This document shows, piece by piece, positions 17,693 through 26,664 of a DNA stretch of 38,286 nt; the first letter of the stretch is position 1; each line of letters opens with the position of its first letter. The position numbers and the translations under genes were made by a program. The DNA is from Lentisphaeria bacterium (GTDB lineage Bacteria > Verrucomicrobiota > Lentisphaeria > JABSQK01 > JAWLHB01): NCBI GenBank assembly GCA_041690595.1, contig JAWLHB010000061.1:1-38286 (forward strand), read 5' to 3'. The notes beneath the pieces are model-generated. The model was not told the DNA's origin, made no database searches, and saw only the letters and a list, made by a program, of their open reading frames with translations.

Positions 17693-19816
17693 CTATTTCT
17701 TGATGTCGGTGCCGATGCGCAGGAGATAGGCGATGAGGGCGATGATCTCCTTGTCGGGATCCGCTTCCGGGACACCAGCTTCGTGAAGTTTCGCGACGAT
17801 TTCGTCTGCCTGGGCCTTGAGAATCGCGTCCGCGTTGGCGATTTCCTCATTAGTATAGGGAACGCCAAGTTTCTGCATCACTTCGAGCTTCTTGCGGATA
17901 TCGCCGGTCTTGAGATCCTGCCGAAGGAGCCAGGGATAGGGAGGCATGATCGAGCCCGGCGAAGTAGAGAGCGGGTTCTCCATGTGCAGGTAGTGCCACT
18001 TCTCCTGAGGCAGTCGTGTGCCGACTCGCCAGAGCTCCGGCCCGGTGCGTTTGGAGCCCCACAGGAAGGGACGATCATAGACGTATTCACCGGCCTTGGA
18101 ATAGTCGCCGTAGCGTTCCACTTCGGAGCGGAATGGGCGGATCATCTGCGAATGGCAGTTGCTGCAGCCTTCGCGGATATAGAGATCCCTGCCTTCCAAC
18201 TCCAGCGGGGTGTACGGTTTCACGGCCGGAATCGTCGGTACATTCGTACGGACCAGATACATGGGGACGAGTTCGACCAGACCGCCGATCAGGATGGCGA
18301 TGGTGGTCAGGATGATGAAGATGATCGGGCTTCGCTCGAGCCACTGGTGCTTGTAGGGATCGCTGCCTGGCTTGCCGCTGCCGGCATTGCGGATCAGCGC
18401 AGGCGCTTCGGCATCTTCGTTGGCCACAAAGGTGCCGGCCCGCATGGTTTTGAAGAGGTTCCAGGCCATCATTCCGGCGCCGACGATGAAGAAGGTGCCG
18501 CCGACGGCACGCATCGCGTACATGGGGATGATTTTCGTCACCGTCTCCAGGAAGTTTCCGTAGGCGAGCGTTCCCGCTACCGGGTCGAACTGCTTCCACA
18601 TGAGCCCCTGGGCGATACCGGCCCAGTAGAGCGGAATGGTGTAGAAGAGGATGCCCAGGAAACCGATCCAGAAGTGATAGTTGGCCATCTTGACGGAATG
18701 GAGGCTGGTGTTCCACAGGCGTGGGACGAGCCAGTAGAGAATGCCGAAGGTCAGGAAGCCGTTCCAGCCGAGGGCACCGACGTGTACGTGCGCGATCGTC
18801 CAGTCCGTATAGTGGGACAAGGCGTTGACGCTCTTGATGGAAAGCATCGGCCCCTCGAAGGTGGCCATACCATAGGCGGTGATGGCGACGACCATGAACT
18901 TGAGCACGGGATCCTGGCGCACCTTGTCCCAGGCGCCGCGGAGGGTGAGCAGCCCGTTGAGCATGCCACCCCAGGAGGGAGCGATCAGCATCAGCGAGAA
19001 GACCATGCCGAGGGACTGCGCCCAATCCGGCAGTGAGGTGAAGAGGAGATGATGTGGCCCTGCCCAGATGTAGATGAAGATCAGTGACCAGAAGTGCACG
19101 ATGGAGAGCCGATAGGAGAAGATTGGCCGGTTGGCCGCCTTCGGCAGGTAGTAGTACATCAGGCCGAGGTACGGCGTCGTCAGGAAAAAGGCCACCGCGT
19201 TGTGGCCGTACCACCACTGTACCAGGGCGTCCTGCACCCCCGCATAGACGGGATAGCTCTTCATGAGGGAGACGGGTATTTCCACGGAATTGACGAGATG
19301 GAGGACCGCCACCGTGACGACCGTGGCGATATAGAACCAGATTGCGACGTACATGTGGCGTACGCGCCGCTTGATGATCGTCCCGAACATGTTTACGGCG
19401 AAGGCCACCCAGACGATGGTGATCAGGATGTCGATCGGCCATTCAAGCTCGGCATATTCCTTGCTGGTGGTGAAACCGGCCGGCAGGGAGATCGCCGCGC
19501 AAACGATGATCGCCTGCCAACCCCAGAAGTGGAACCAGCTGAGCTTGTCGCTCCACATGCGGGCCTTGCACAGGCGCTGCAGAGAATGGTATACCCCCAT
19601 GAAGATGCCGTTGCCCACGAAAGCGAAGATGACCGCGTTGGTGTGCAGCGGGCGGAGGCGCCCGAAGCTCAGGTACTGCCCCAGGTTCATCTGCGGCAGA
19701 ATCATCTGCGTCGCGATCAGCAGACCTACCGTGAACCCGACCAGGCCCCAAGCCGCCGTTGCCAGCGCAAAGTATTTCACGATCTTGTTGTCGTAGCTGA
19801 ATTTCTCCACTGCCAT
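17693..19816 (-). CDS. ccoN: cbb3-type cytochrome c oxidase fused subunits I and II (CcoN-CcoO)
   Basis: FGRLRPLHTNAVIFAF, WWYGHNAV, YIWAGPHH, AHVHVGALGW, then CcoO motifs EGCSNCHSQMIRP, WGSKRTGP and SIMPPYPWL in one ORF. Confidence 0.97.
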   Translation of the reverse strand: MAVEKFSYDNKIVKYFALATAAWGLVGFTVGLLIATQMILPQMNLGQYLSFGRLRPLHTNAVIFAFVGNGIFMGVYHSLQRLCKARMWSDKLSWFHFWGWQAIIVCAAISLPAGFTTSKEYAELEWPIDILITIVWVAFAVNMFGTIIKRRVRHMYVAIWFYIATVVTVAVLHLVNSVEIPVSLMKSYPVYAGVQDALVQWWYGHNAVAFFLTTPYLGLMYYYLPKAANRPIFSYRLSIVHFWSLIFIYIWAGPHHLLFTSLPDWAQSLGMVFSLMLIAPSWGGMLNGLLTLRGAWDKVRQDPVLKFMVVAITAYGMATFEGPMLSIKSVNALSHYTDWTIAHVHVGALGWNGFLTFGILYWLVPRLWNTSLHSVKMANYHFWIGFLGILFYTIPLYWAGIAQGLMWKQFDPVAGTLAYGNFLETVTKIIPMYAMRAVGGTFFIVGAGMMAWNLFKTMRAGTFVANEDAEAPALIRNAGSGKPGSDPYKHQWLERSPIIFIILTTIAILIGGLVELVPMYLVRTNVPTIPAVKPYTPLELEGRDLYIREGCSNCHSQMIRPFRSEVERYGDYSKAGEYVYDRPFLWGSKRTGPELWRVGTRLPQEKWHYLHMENPLSTSPGSIMPPYPWLLRQDLKTGDIRKKLEVMQKLGVPYTNEEIANADAILKAQADEIVAKLHEAGVPEADPDKEIIALIAYLLRIGTDIKK

Positions 19817-19819
19817 GGG

Positions 19820-19993
19820 TTACTGCTTCCCGCTTACTTGATCTTGTGAGTTGTCATCATCCTCGATGAGAAGACGTATGGAGGGGGTATAGGTATCTTC
19901 AAACTGGCCCGATTTGACGGCCCAGATGAACGCAATGAGAAAGGCGCCCGCCAGAAGCAGACTGGCGCCGAGCAACACAAAGACGACTGTCAT
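19820..19993 (-). CDS. ccoS: cbb3-type oxidase maturation protein CcoS (57 aa, absent from the ORF track)
   Basis: Hand translation MTVVFVLLGASLLLAGAFLIAFIWAVKSGQFEDTYTPSIRLLIEDDDNSQDQVSGKQ contains the W.VKSGQFED motif; AGGAGG RBS. Confidence 0.93.
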   Translation of the reverse strand: MTVVFVLLGASLLLAGAFLIAFIWAVKSGQFEDTYTPSIRLLIEDDDNSQDQVSGKQ

Positions 19994-20007
19994 GCCTGCC
20001 TCCTATC

Positions 20008-20060
20008 GGTAATTCGTTACCTTAATCCCGAATTGTAACAATTCTAATTCTTGACATGAA
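20008..20060 (-). promoter_or_regulatory. internal promoter for ccoS-ccoNO with palindrome over the -10
   Basis: AT-rich gap. Minus strand TTCATG-N17-TACAAT with TG extension; perfect GAATTGT-A-ACAATTC (20030-20044); small hairpin GGTAA-TTCG-TTACC (20008-20021). Confidence 0.55.
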
Positions 20061-20079
20061 AAAATCCCCATGAATTTGG

Positions 20080-22521
20080 TCAACTTTTCAGGACGACAAA
20101 GCCATGCCGATGCCCCAGCATTCGGGTGGCCAGGACGGTGAAGCTGACGACGGTGATCGAACTGATCGGCATCAGGACCGCGGCAATCCAAGGTTCGAGC
20201 AGCCCCTGCACGGCCACGCCGATCCCGATGACGTTGTAGAGAAATGAGATGACGAAGCTGGCGACGATGATCCGCATGGCGGTGGATGAAAAGGCGAGGA
20301 TTCTGGTCAGCATCGGCAGCTGGTCGCCCGCCAGGATGGCATCGCAGGCAGGGGAGAAGGCGCTCAGGTCGTCGGAGACGGCGATGCCCACGTCGCTTTG
20401 CCGCAAGGCGCCCGCGTCGTTCAGGCCGTCGCCGATCATCAGGACTCGTCGGCCCTCGTCCTGAAGCTGACGCACGAAGGCGAGCTTGTCCTGCGGGCTT
20501 TGCTGGAAGCGGAATTCAACGTCTTCACCGAAAAGGTCTCGCAGCTCCGTCGCCTGGCGGTCGGTATCTCCGGAAAGTAGGCAGAGACGGCTCTTCTGTT
20601 TGAGTTGGCCGACCAACTCGGGAAGGCCCGGTCGCAAAGCGGCTCGGAGGACCGCGCATCCGCGCCAGAGACCATCGATGGCAACGTGCACGGTGGGGTG
20701 GGGGGATAGAGCATCGTCGGGCGCCTCGGTCCAGGCGGCGGAGCCCACGCGCAGCCGATGGCCATCGACCGTCGCTTCGAGCCCGAGGCCTGGCAGCTCG
20801 TTGAAGGTGGTGGCCCGGGGAGCCGGCAGGGCGCCGAGGGTATCCGTCAGGCGGACGCTGAGGGGATGGGTGGAGTGGCGGGTGAGGGCCTTTACCATGC
20901 CCCGATCGGCATCGGTCAACTCGCCATGCCACTCTACCTGCGCATGCTTGTCGGCGGTGAGGGTGCCGGTCTTGTCGAAAACGATGGTGTCAACCCGCGC
21001 GAGAGCTTCGACCACGGCGGCATTCTTGACGAAGCAGCGTCGGCGCTCGAAGAGGCGCATGGCGGTACCCAGGGTGAAGGGGGCAGCGAGGGCGAGGGCG
21101 CACGGACAGGCGATGATCAGAACCGAGGCGAAGACGCGCAGGGCCATGGCCGGATCGGTGCGCAGCCACCAAGTGGTCGCGACGGTCGCTGTCGCGATGA
21201 CGACGATCGTGAACTTCTTGCTCATGCGATTGGTCAGGGACGCCAGGTCGCGGCTCTCCGCTTTCTCGAAAATCGGATTGTTCCACAGCTGCGTCAGGTG
21301 ACTTCGGGAGACAGGGTTGACGGTGCGGTAGGTACCCGCCTCCCCCAAATGGCGACCGCCGGCATAGACCAGGTCGCCGGCGGTTCGGAGGGCGGGATCG
21401 GACTCGCCGGTCACGAAGCTGTAGTCGATCTCGGCCGCCTCGCTCTCCAGCACCGCGTCGGCCGGCACGAGTTCGTGATGGCGCACCACCATGCGGTCGC
21501 CGACTTCCAGCCGGTTCAGCGGTATGCTCTGTTCGCTGCCATCGGCGCTCATCCGCATGACGTTGACGGGGAAATAGGAGGTGTAATCGCGGTCGAAGGA
21601 GAGCGCGTCGTAAGTTTTCTGCTGGAAGATGCGTCCCAGGAGCAGGAAGAAGATAAGCCCGGTAAAGGAGTCGAGGTATCCGGCCCCGCTTTCGCTGAGG
21701 ATCTCGAAGAGGCTGTGCGCGTAGAGGGCGACGATGCCGATGGCGATCGGCAGATCGATGGTCACCACGCGCCGCCGCACCGCCACGATAGCCGCGGCGA
21801 GATAATCATTTGCTCCGTAGAAGAGGACCGGCAGGGACAAGGCGACGCTGAGCCAGGTGAAGGCCCGCATGAAGCCGGGATTCTGGGCATGCGTCAGGCC
21901 GAAGTAACCGGGAAAGCTCAGCAGCATGATATTGGCAAAGCAGAAGCCCGCCACCCCGAGCTTGATGTATAGCGATCGGTTTGGATGAACCGCCCGCGAC
22001 TTCTCCAGGGATTCCAGGCTCAGCTTCGGCTCGTAGCCGATTCCCGAAAGGAAGCCTACCAGTTGGCGCAGCGACATCATCGACTCGTCGAAGTGGATCA
22101 ACAACTCCTTGCGGGGGAAATTGACCTGGGAGCGGCTGACGGCCGGCTCCAGCTTGTAAAGGTTTTCCAGCAGCCAGATGCAGGCCACGCAGTGCATGGT
22201 CGGGATGCGGAAGGTGACAATGGCGTGCGTGCCGTCGTGAAAGTCGAGGACCTGCTCCTGCACCGCGGGATCGTCGAGATAGGCGAATCGATCGCGTCGG
22301 CCGCTTTCGCCGGGCCGCGCTCCGGGTGCCGCGTCGAGCGAATAGTACTTGCCCAACTGGTTCTGGTTGAGGAGGTGATAAACCGACTGGCAGCCCATGC
22401 AGCAGAAGGCCTTGCCGTCGCTTTCCACCAGATCGCGGCATGGTTCGCCGCAATGAAAGCAGGCCGGATCCGCATGGTCATGGCCCAGTTCGCTGCTCTG
22501 CGTGCTGCTGATGATTGTCAT
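20080..22521 (-). CDS. ccoI: heavy-metal (Cu) P1B-type ATPase CcoI/FixI
   Basis: CFHC..CCMGC, CVAC, TGES, IIACPCAL, DKTGTLT, THP, GDGLND; located in the cco cluster. Confidence 0.92.
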   Translation of the reverse strand: MTIISSTQSSELGHDHADPACFHCGEPCRDLVESDGKAFCCMGCQSVYHLLNQNQLGKYYSLDAAPGARPGESGRRDRFAYLDDPAVQEQVLDFHDGTHAIVTFRIPTMHCVACIWLLENLYKLEPAVSRSQVNFPRKELLIHFDESMMSLRQLVGFLSGIGYEPKLSLESLEKSRAVHPNRSLYIKLGVAGFCFANIMLLSFPGYFGLTHAQNPGFMRAFTWLSVALSLPVLFYGANDYLAAAIVAVRRRVVTIDLPIAIGIVALYAHSLFEILSESGAGYLDSFTGLIFFLLLGRIFQQKTYDALSFDRDYTSYFPVNVMRMSADGSEQSIPLNRLEVGDRMVVRHHELVPADAVLESEAAEIDYSFVTGESDPALRTAGDLVYAGGRHLGEAGTYRTVNPVSRSHLTQLWNNPIFEKAESRDLASLTNRMSKKFTIVVIATATVATTWWLRTDPAMALRVFASVLIIACPCALALAAPFTLGTAMRLFERRRCFVKNAAVVEALARVDTIVFDKTGTLTADKHAQVEWHGELTDADRGMVKALTRHSTHPLSVRLTDTLGALPAPRATTFNELPGLGLEATVDGHRLRVGSAAWTEAPDDALSPHPTVHVAIDGLWRGCAVLRAALRPGLPELVGQLKQKSRLCLLSGDTDRQATELRDLFGEDVEFRFQQSPQDKLAFVRQLQDEGRRVLMIGDGLNDAGALRQSDVGIAVSDDLSAFSPACDAILAGDQLPMLTRILAFSSTAMRIIVASFVISFLYNVIGIGVAVQGLLEPWIAAVLMPISSITVVSFTVLATRMLGHRHGFVVLKS

Positions 22522-22539
22522 GAAAGTGTCTGGGCTCGC

Positions 22540-22929
22540 TCAGTGCTCCGCGACGTCACCTTGCGGCTCCGGCAGCGGATGCTCGTGAAAGAGGTAGTCG
22601 GCAACCGGCTGGCCCCCGATCAAGTGCTCCTGGATGATCCGCTCCAGAACTTCGGGTGTACACGAATGGTACCACGTTCCATCTGGATAGATGACGGCGA
22701 TGGGCCCCTTGGCGCATACCCGCAGGCAGTTGGCCTTGGTGCGGAAGATTCCGCCGGCGCCCGCCAGACCAAGCTCCTCCAGCCGGCCCTTCAGGAACTC
22801 CCACGATTCCAGGCTCTTTTCCTTACGTGAACACTTCGGCTTCGTCTGGTCGCAGCAGAGAAAGATGTGCTTGCGGATCGCCCCCAGATGAAACTCCTCC
22901 TTCCTCTTCTCCAGAATGTCACTCATCAA
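22540..22929 (-). CDS. thioredoxin-like (2Fe-2S) ferredoxin
   Basis: HIFLC..QTKPKC...RTKANCLRVCAKGPIAVIYPDGTWY...IIQEHLIGG.PV. Confidence 0.9.
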   Translation of the reverse strand: MMSDILEKRKEEFHLGAIRKHIFLCCDQTKPKCSRKEKSLESWEFLKGRLEELGLAGAGGIFRTKANCLRVCAKGPIAVIYPDGTWYHSCTPEVLERIIQEHLIGGQPVADYLFHEHPLPEPQGDVAEH

Positions 22930-23019
22930 CCAGGCTCCGGCAGTGCGGGATTGGCGGTATTTCGGAGCCGTACTCTATCCGCCTTCCTTCCTGATTGCAA
23001 TGGTCTCGGTCTGCTCCAG

Positions 23020-26000
23020 TTATCGCCTCTCGAATCCGGTGAGGAGGGATTCCAGATGCAGCACCGCTGCGTCGAGATCCATCTGGTCCTGATTCATCGC
23101 CAGCGTAAGGAGATCGATCGTGCAGCTTATCGTGCTGGTTGTGTAGAGCCCATCGTCTCCAGCGTCGTCGATGTGCCCCCAGATGTTGCCGCTCAAGCTC
23201 ACTGGCAACGCCTGTGGGGCCTGCGACGGCAGCCCGATGTCCACCCTGCGCACGGCTCCGTACAGGAAGCGGAAGAGATGGCCGCCGGTCACCGCTTCGC
23301 GTCCGCCGATGATGGCATAATCGCTGCTTCCCTGCGTCAGGAGGTAGGCAACCTGCTCAGCCGTCTCCCACTCGTCGATGGTGTAGACGAGGGTGGTTCC
23401 GTCGCGCCAGGCGCGCAGGACGCGAACCTCTCCGGTGGCCAGGTCGAGCAGCAGGAAGCCGACATAGGAGAAGCTCTCGACGGCACCTTCGCCGCCGTTC
23501 GCGCCGCTCCAGCGAAGGTTGTAGCAGGCGATGCCTTCTCCGGCGAAGCTGGCTTTCGCCTCCGCCGCGGTCGTCTCCCGCGGGGCGACGCCGAGGTCGA
23601 TGCCTCCTTCGGCCGCCAGCTTTGCCAGCAACGACTCGAACGAGGTCTGGATGGCGTTCTCCTGGATGCTGCGCCGGTAGTCGAGGCGGGCGCTCATCTC
23701 GCCAAGGTCGGCCGAGGGCGGGGTGCCGTCGGCTTCACCAGCGCGCCAGGGACCGGCAAAGGAGACCACGACATGCATCGGTTCGTTGCTTCCGATCGGT
23801 ACGGCGCTGGGATGCTCGGTTCCGATCATGTGCCCATGGCTGAAAGCTGTAGCCGCCAGTGTCTCCGGCTCGATGGCGGTGGTCGCAAGTACCCACAGCT
23901 TGCTCGCGCCCAGATCGGCAATATAGGTGGTCGGGAAGTCGATCCGTTCGCCGTTGCCGTCCGGCCGGCGTATGATCGCCGAGGCGTCGCCAGTCTTCAG
24001 ATCGAGCACCATGTAACCGACCCCCGCCACGGGCTGGAGACCGTTCCCATAGCGCGAGCCACGCAGGGTGAAGCTGTACACCAGATTGTCCGGCTGCTCG
24101 TCGTCGAAGACCCGGATGATCGCTTCCGCCATTGCATGCCCCGCGGCTGACGCCGTGATGGTCACCTCCACGGTGCCGTCGAGGTCTGGATCGTCCACAC
24201 CGGTCACCGTGAAGGTGGCGGTGCTGCTGCCGGCGGCCATCGTGACGTTGGTCGGGACGATGGCTTCGCTCGTATCGCTGCTGGTCAGGTCGACCGTCAG
24301 TGGCTGGCTGGTGTCGCTGTTCCGTGTGACCGTCGCGACGGTGGTTCCCCCCGCCTCGTTGATGGCGTCATCAGCAAACGAGAGGCTCAATGCGGGTTGG
24401 TCGTCATCAAGAATGGTACCGATTCCCTCGCTGTCGGCCAAGATGAGGTTCGAGGGGTTCGAAAGGGTGAGGATGAAGCTCTCGTCCCCCTCGTCCAAGT
24501 CGTCATCCAGGCTCTGCACAACGACCGTCGCCGTCGTCTGGTTGGGGGCAAAGACCGCCGTGCCGGAGGTCGCCGCATAGTCGAGCCCGGCAGTAGCCGT
24601 GCCGTCGGAAGTGGCGTAGGCGACACTGCCCTGGAAGGGGCTTGGCTGGCTTAGACTGAGGGTGAAGGTCAGGCTGTCGCCCTCCGCGGCGGTTGCGTCG
24701 CTGACGCTGACCTGCGCCACATCGTCGTCGAGGATGGTCACGATCGCCGCGCCCGTGCCGGCGATGTCCGCATTTACCGCGCTGCTGAGAAAGAGCTCGA
24801 AGCTCTCATTCCCTTCTACAATGGCGTCGTCAAGAATCATCACCGTAACCTGCTGCGAGGTGATGCCGGGGGCGAAGACGACTTGGGTGAAGCGACTGAC
24901 GTAGTCGCTGCCGGCAGTCGCGGTGCCATCTCTGGTCGACACGCTCACTGTCACGTTTGCCATCGCCGACGGGAAGAGGGAGATGATCACGTTAACGTCG
25001 CCAGCCGACTCGAGGACCTGGGGGGCGGCGATGGCGAGCGTCGGGGTCGCCTCTCCCAGTTCCCAGTTCAGGTTGATCGGGCCGACCTGCGGGCCGCCTC
25101 CATTGTTGTGACCGTCCACCGCTATGTTGTAGGTGGTTCCAGACTCGGCGAGGAAAGTCACTTCGCTGAAGCCTCGGGAGGCCCCGTCGGCGTCGCTGGC
25201 CACCATGGTCAGCGCATCGACGCTGTTGCCCGTATAAACGGCGAGCAGAGTATCGATGGCGCTCTGCCTGGTATCGAAGGTGGCGATGCCGGTGGCTGGC
25301 GCGGTCCATCGCCACCAGACGGAGGCGCCGCCCGGGTTGCCGGCATGATGCGGTTCACCCGCTTCCTTTGTCGCCGCGCTGTTGTTGCCAGCGATGGAGC
25401 CGCTTTCCGCGGCGAGGATCAACGCGTCCATGAAAGCATCGTTGTCATCGTGCAGGATCCATTCCAGGTTGAATACACCGCGTGGAATCGTGGTGCCGAT
25501 CTCCTTGCTGTCCACGGCGATGCGGTAGGTGGTGCCCGCTGTTGCCTGGAATTGCACCAGGCTGTTGGTGGAAGGCGGCCGATTGTCGTTGCTGGCCACT
25601 TCGGTCAGAAAGCCGACGCTGCTCCCGGTGTACACCGCCAGGAGCGAGTCGAAGGCGACCGTCGAGACCGCCATCTCCGCCAGCCCGGAAGTCGTAGGCG
25701 TCCAGGCAAACCAGACGGAGGCGCCGCCGACCTGTCCGGCGTGATTCGGTTCGCCGATCTCCCGGGTCGCCGAGCTGTTCTCACCAGTGAAAACGTTGAG
25801 CCTTCCGGCGATCGGGAGCGCATTCGCGAAGTTGTCGTTGCTGGTTACCAGCAGATCCAGGTCGAAGGTGAAGAGGCCGGTCGCGCCACCATTGCCATCC
25901 ACCGCGATGACGTAGGTGGTGCCGGCCACGGCTGCAAACCGGACCATGCTCCCGTTGAGCGGCTGGCCGGTAAAGGCATTGTCGTTGCTCGCGACTGGCG

Positions 26001-26346
26001 TCAGCGAATCGACCACCTCGCCGGTATATACCGCCAGCAACGTGTCGAAATCCCCGTCGACGAAGATTTCAACCTGCGCGCTTGCAGGGGCCGTATATCG
26101 CCACCAGACGGAGGCGCCGCCGACGTTCCCCGCGTGGTTCGGTTCGCCCACCTCTTTGGTGGCATTGGCGTTGCTCTCGAAGGTGCTGTGCAGCTCGGAC
26201 TGGATTTCGCGCGCGTTTGCCAGATCGTCGTGGTCTGGAGGCGCGACCTGAGCCGACGATCGGACGCTCAGCTGCAGGACGGTACACATGACAACGAAGA
26301 TGATGGCATGGCGGGTACAGGTGGCGGGTGATGATTGGGCCTTCAT
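23020..26346 (-). CDS. large secreted/surface protein: three ~130-aa beta-sandwich repeats, Calx-beta domains, uncharacterised C-terminal region
   Basis: Signal peptide; 3x (ND.FANA...N..AT.E.GEP.HAG..GGASVWW...DTLLAVYTG..V..LT.VAS.D...GTTY.IAVD); T.DGTATAG.DY...DD...EG.ESF.L.LS (Calx-beta) x2. Confidence 0.85.
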   Translation of the reverse strand: MKAQSSPATCTRHAIIFVVMCTVLQLSVRSSAQVAPPDHDDLANAREIQSELHSTFESNANATKEVGEPNHAGNVGGASVWWRYTAPASAQVEIFVDGDFDTLLAVYTGEVVDSLTPVASNDNAFTGQPLNGSMVRFAAVAGTTYVIAVDGNGGATGLFTFDLDLLVTSNDNFANALPIAGRLNVFTGENSSATREIGEPNHAGQVGGASVWFAWTPTTSGLAEMAVSTVAFDSLLAVYTGSSVGFLTEVASNDNRPPSTNSLVQFQATAGTTYRIAVDSKEIGTTIPRGVFNLEWILHDDNDAFMDALILAAESGSIAGNNSAATKEAGEPHHAGNPGGASVWWRWTAPATGIATFDTRQSAIDTLLAVYTGNSVDALTMVASDADGASRGFSEVTFLAESGTTYNIAVDGHNNGGGPQVGPINLNWELGEATPTLAIAAPQVLESAGDVNVIISLFPSAMANVTVSVSTRDGTATAGSDYVSRFTQVVFAPGITSQQVTVMILDDAIVEGNESFELFLSSAVNADIAGTGAAIVTILDDDVAQVSVSDATAAEGDSLTFTLSLSQPSPFQGSVAYATSDGTATAGLDYAATSGTAVFAPNQTTATVVVQSLDDDLDEGDESFILTLSNPSNLILADSEGIGTILDDDQPALSLSFADDAINEAGGTTVATVTRNSDTSQPLTVDLTSSDTSEAIVPTNVTMAAGSSTATFTVTGVDDPDLDGTVEVTITASAAGHAMAEAIIRVFDDEQPDNLVYSFTLRGSRYGNGLQPVAGVGYMVLDLKTGDASAIIRRPDGNGERIDFPTTYIADLGASKLWVLATTAIEPETLAATAFSHGHMIGTEHPSAVPIGSNEPMHVVVSFAGPWRAGEADGTPPSADLGEMSARLDYRRSIQENAIQTSFESLLAKLAAEGGIDLGVAPRETTAAEAKASFAGEGIACYNLRWSGANGGEGAVESFSYVGFLLLDLATGEVRVLRAWRDGTTLVYTIDEWETAEQVAYLLTQGSSDYAIIGGREAVTGGHLFRFLYGAVRRVDIGLPSQAPQALPVSLSGNIWGHIDDAGDDGLYTTSTISCTIDLLTLAMNQDQMDLDAAVLHLESLLTGFERR

Positions 26347-26664
26347 GATTCCTGACGTTCCTCGTCCCAGCGTGATGGTGGAGATCTCTTCAGCAGCTCA
26401 GGCGGCGCTCTTACGTCGTCCGCATGGCCTCTATTCAGCTTAGACTGGGTCCATGGACAGATTCAATCCAGGCAGCAGCGAACCTTGGGAGTTGCCCAGT
26501 TTTCGTGGCTGTAATTGCATCGTTCCCGACATCTCATGCAACAGGAACTCTTGCAATATGGGGAATGCCCGTTAACTTGCTTCAGGTGGGGACAAAGATC
26601 GGGTTGGGGGGCGAATCGCATGAAGTAGCAGAAGAACGCTGCAACCCCGGGGAGCAGAGACCAG

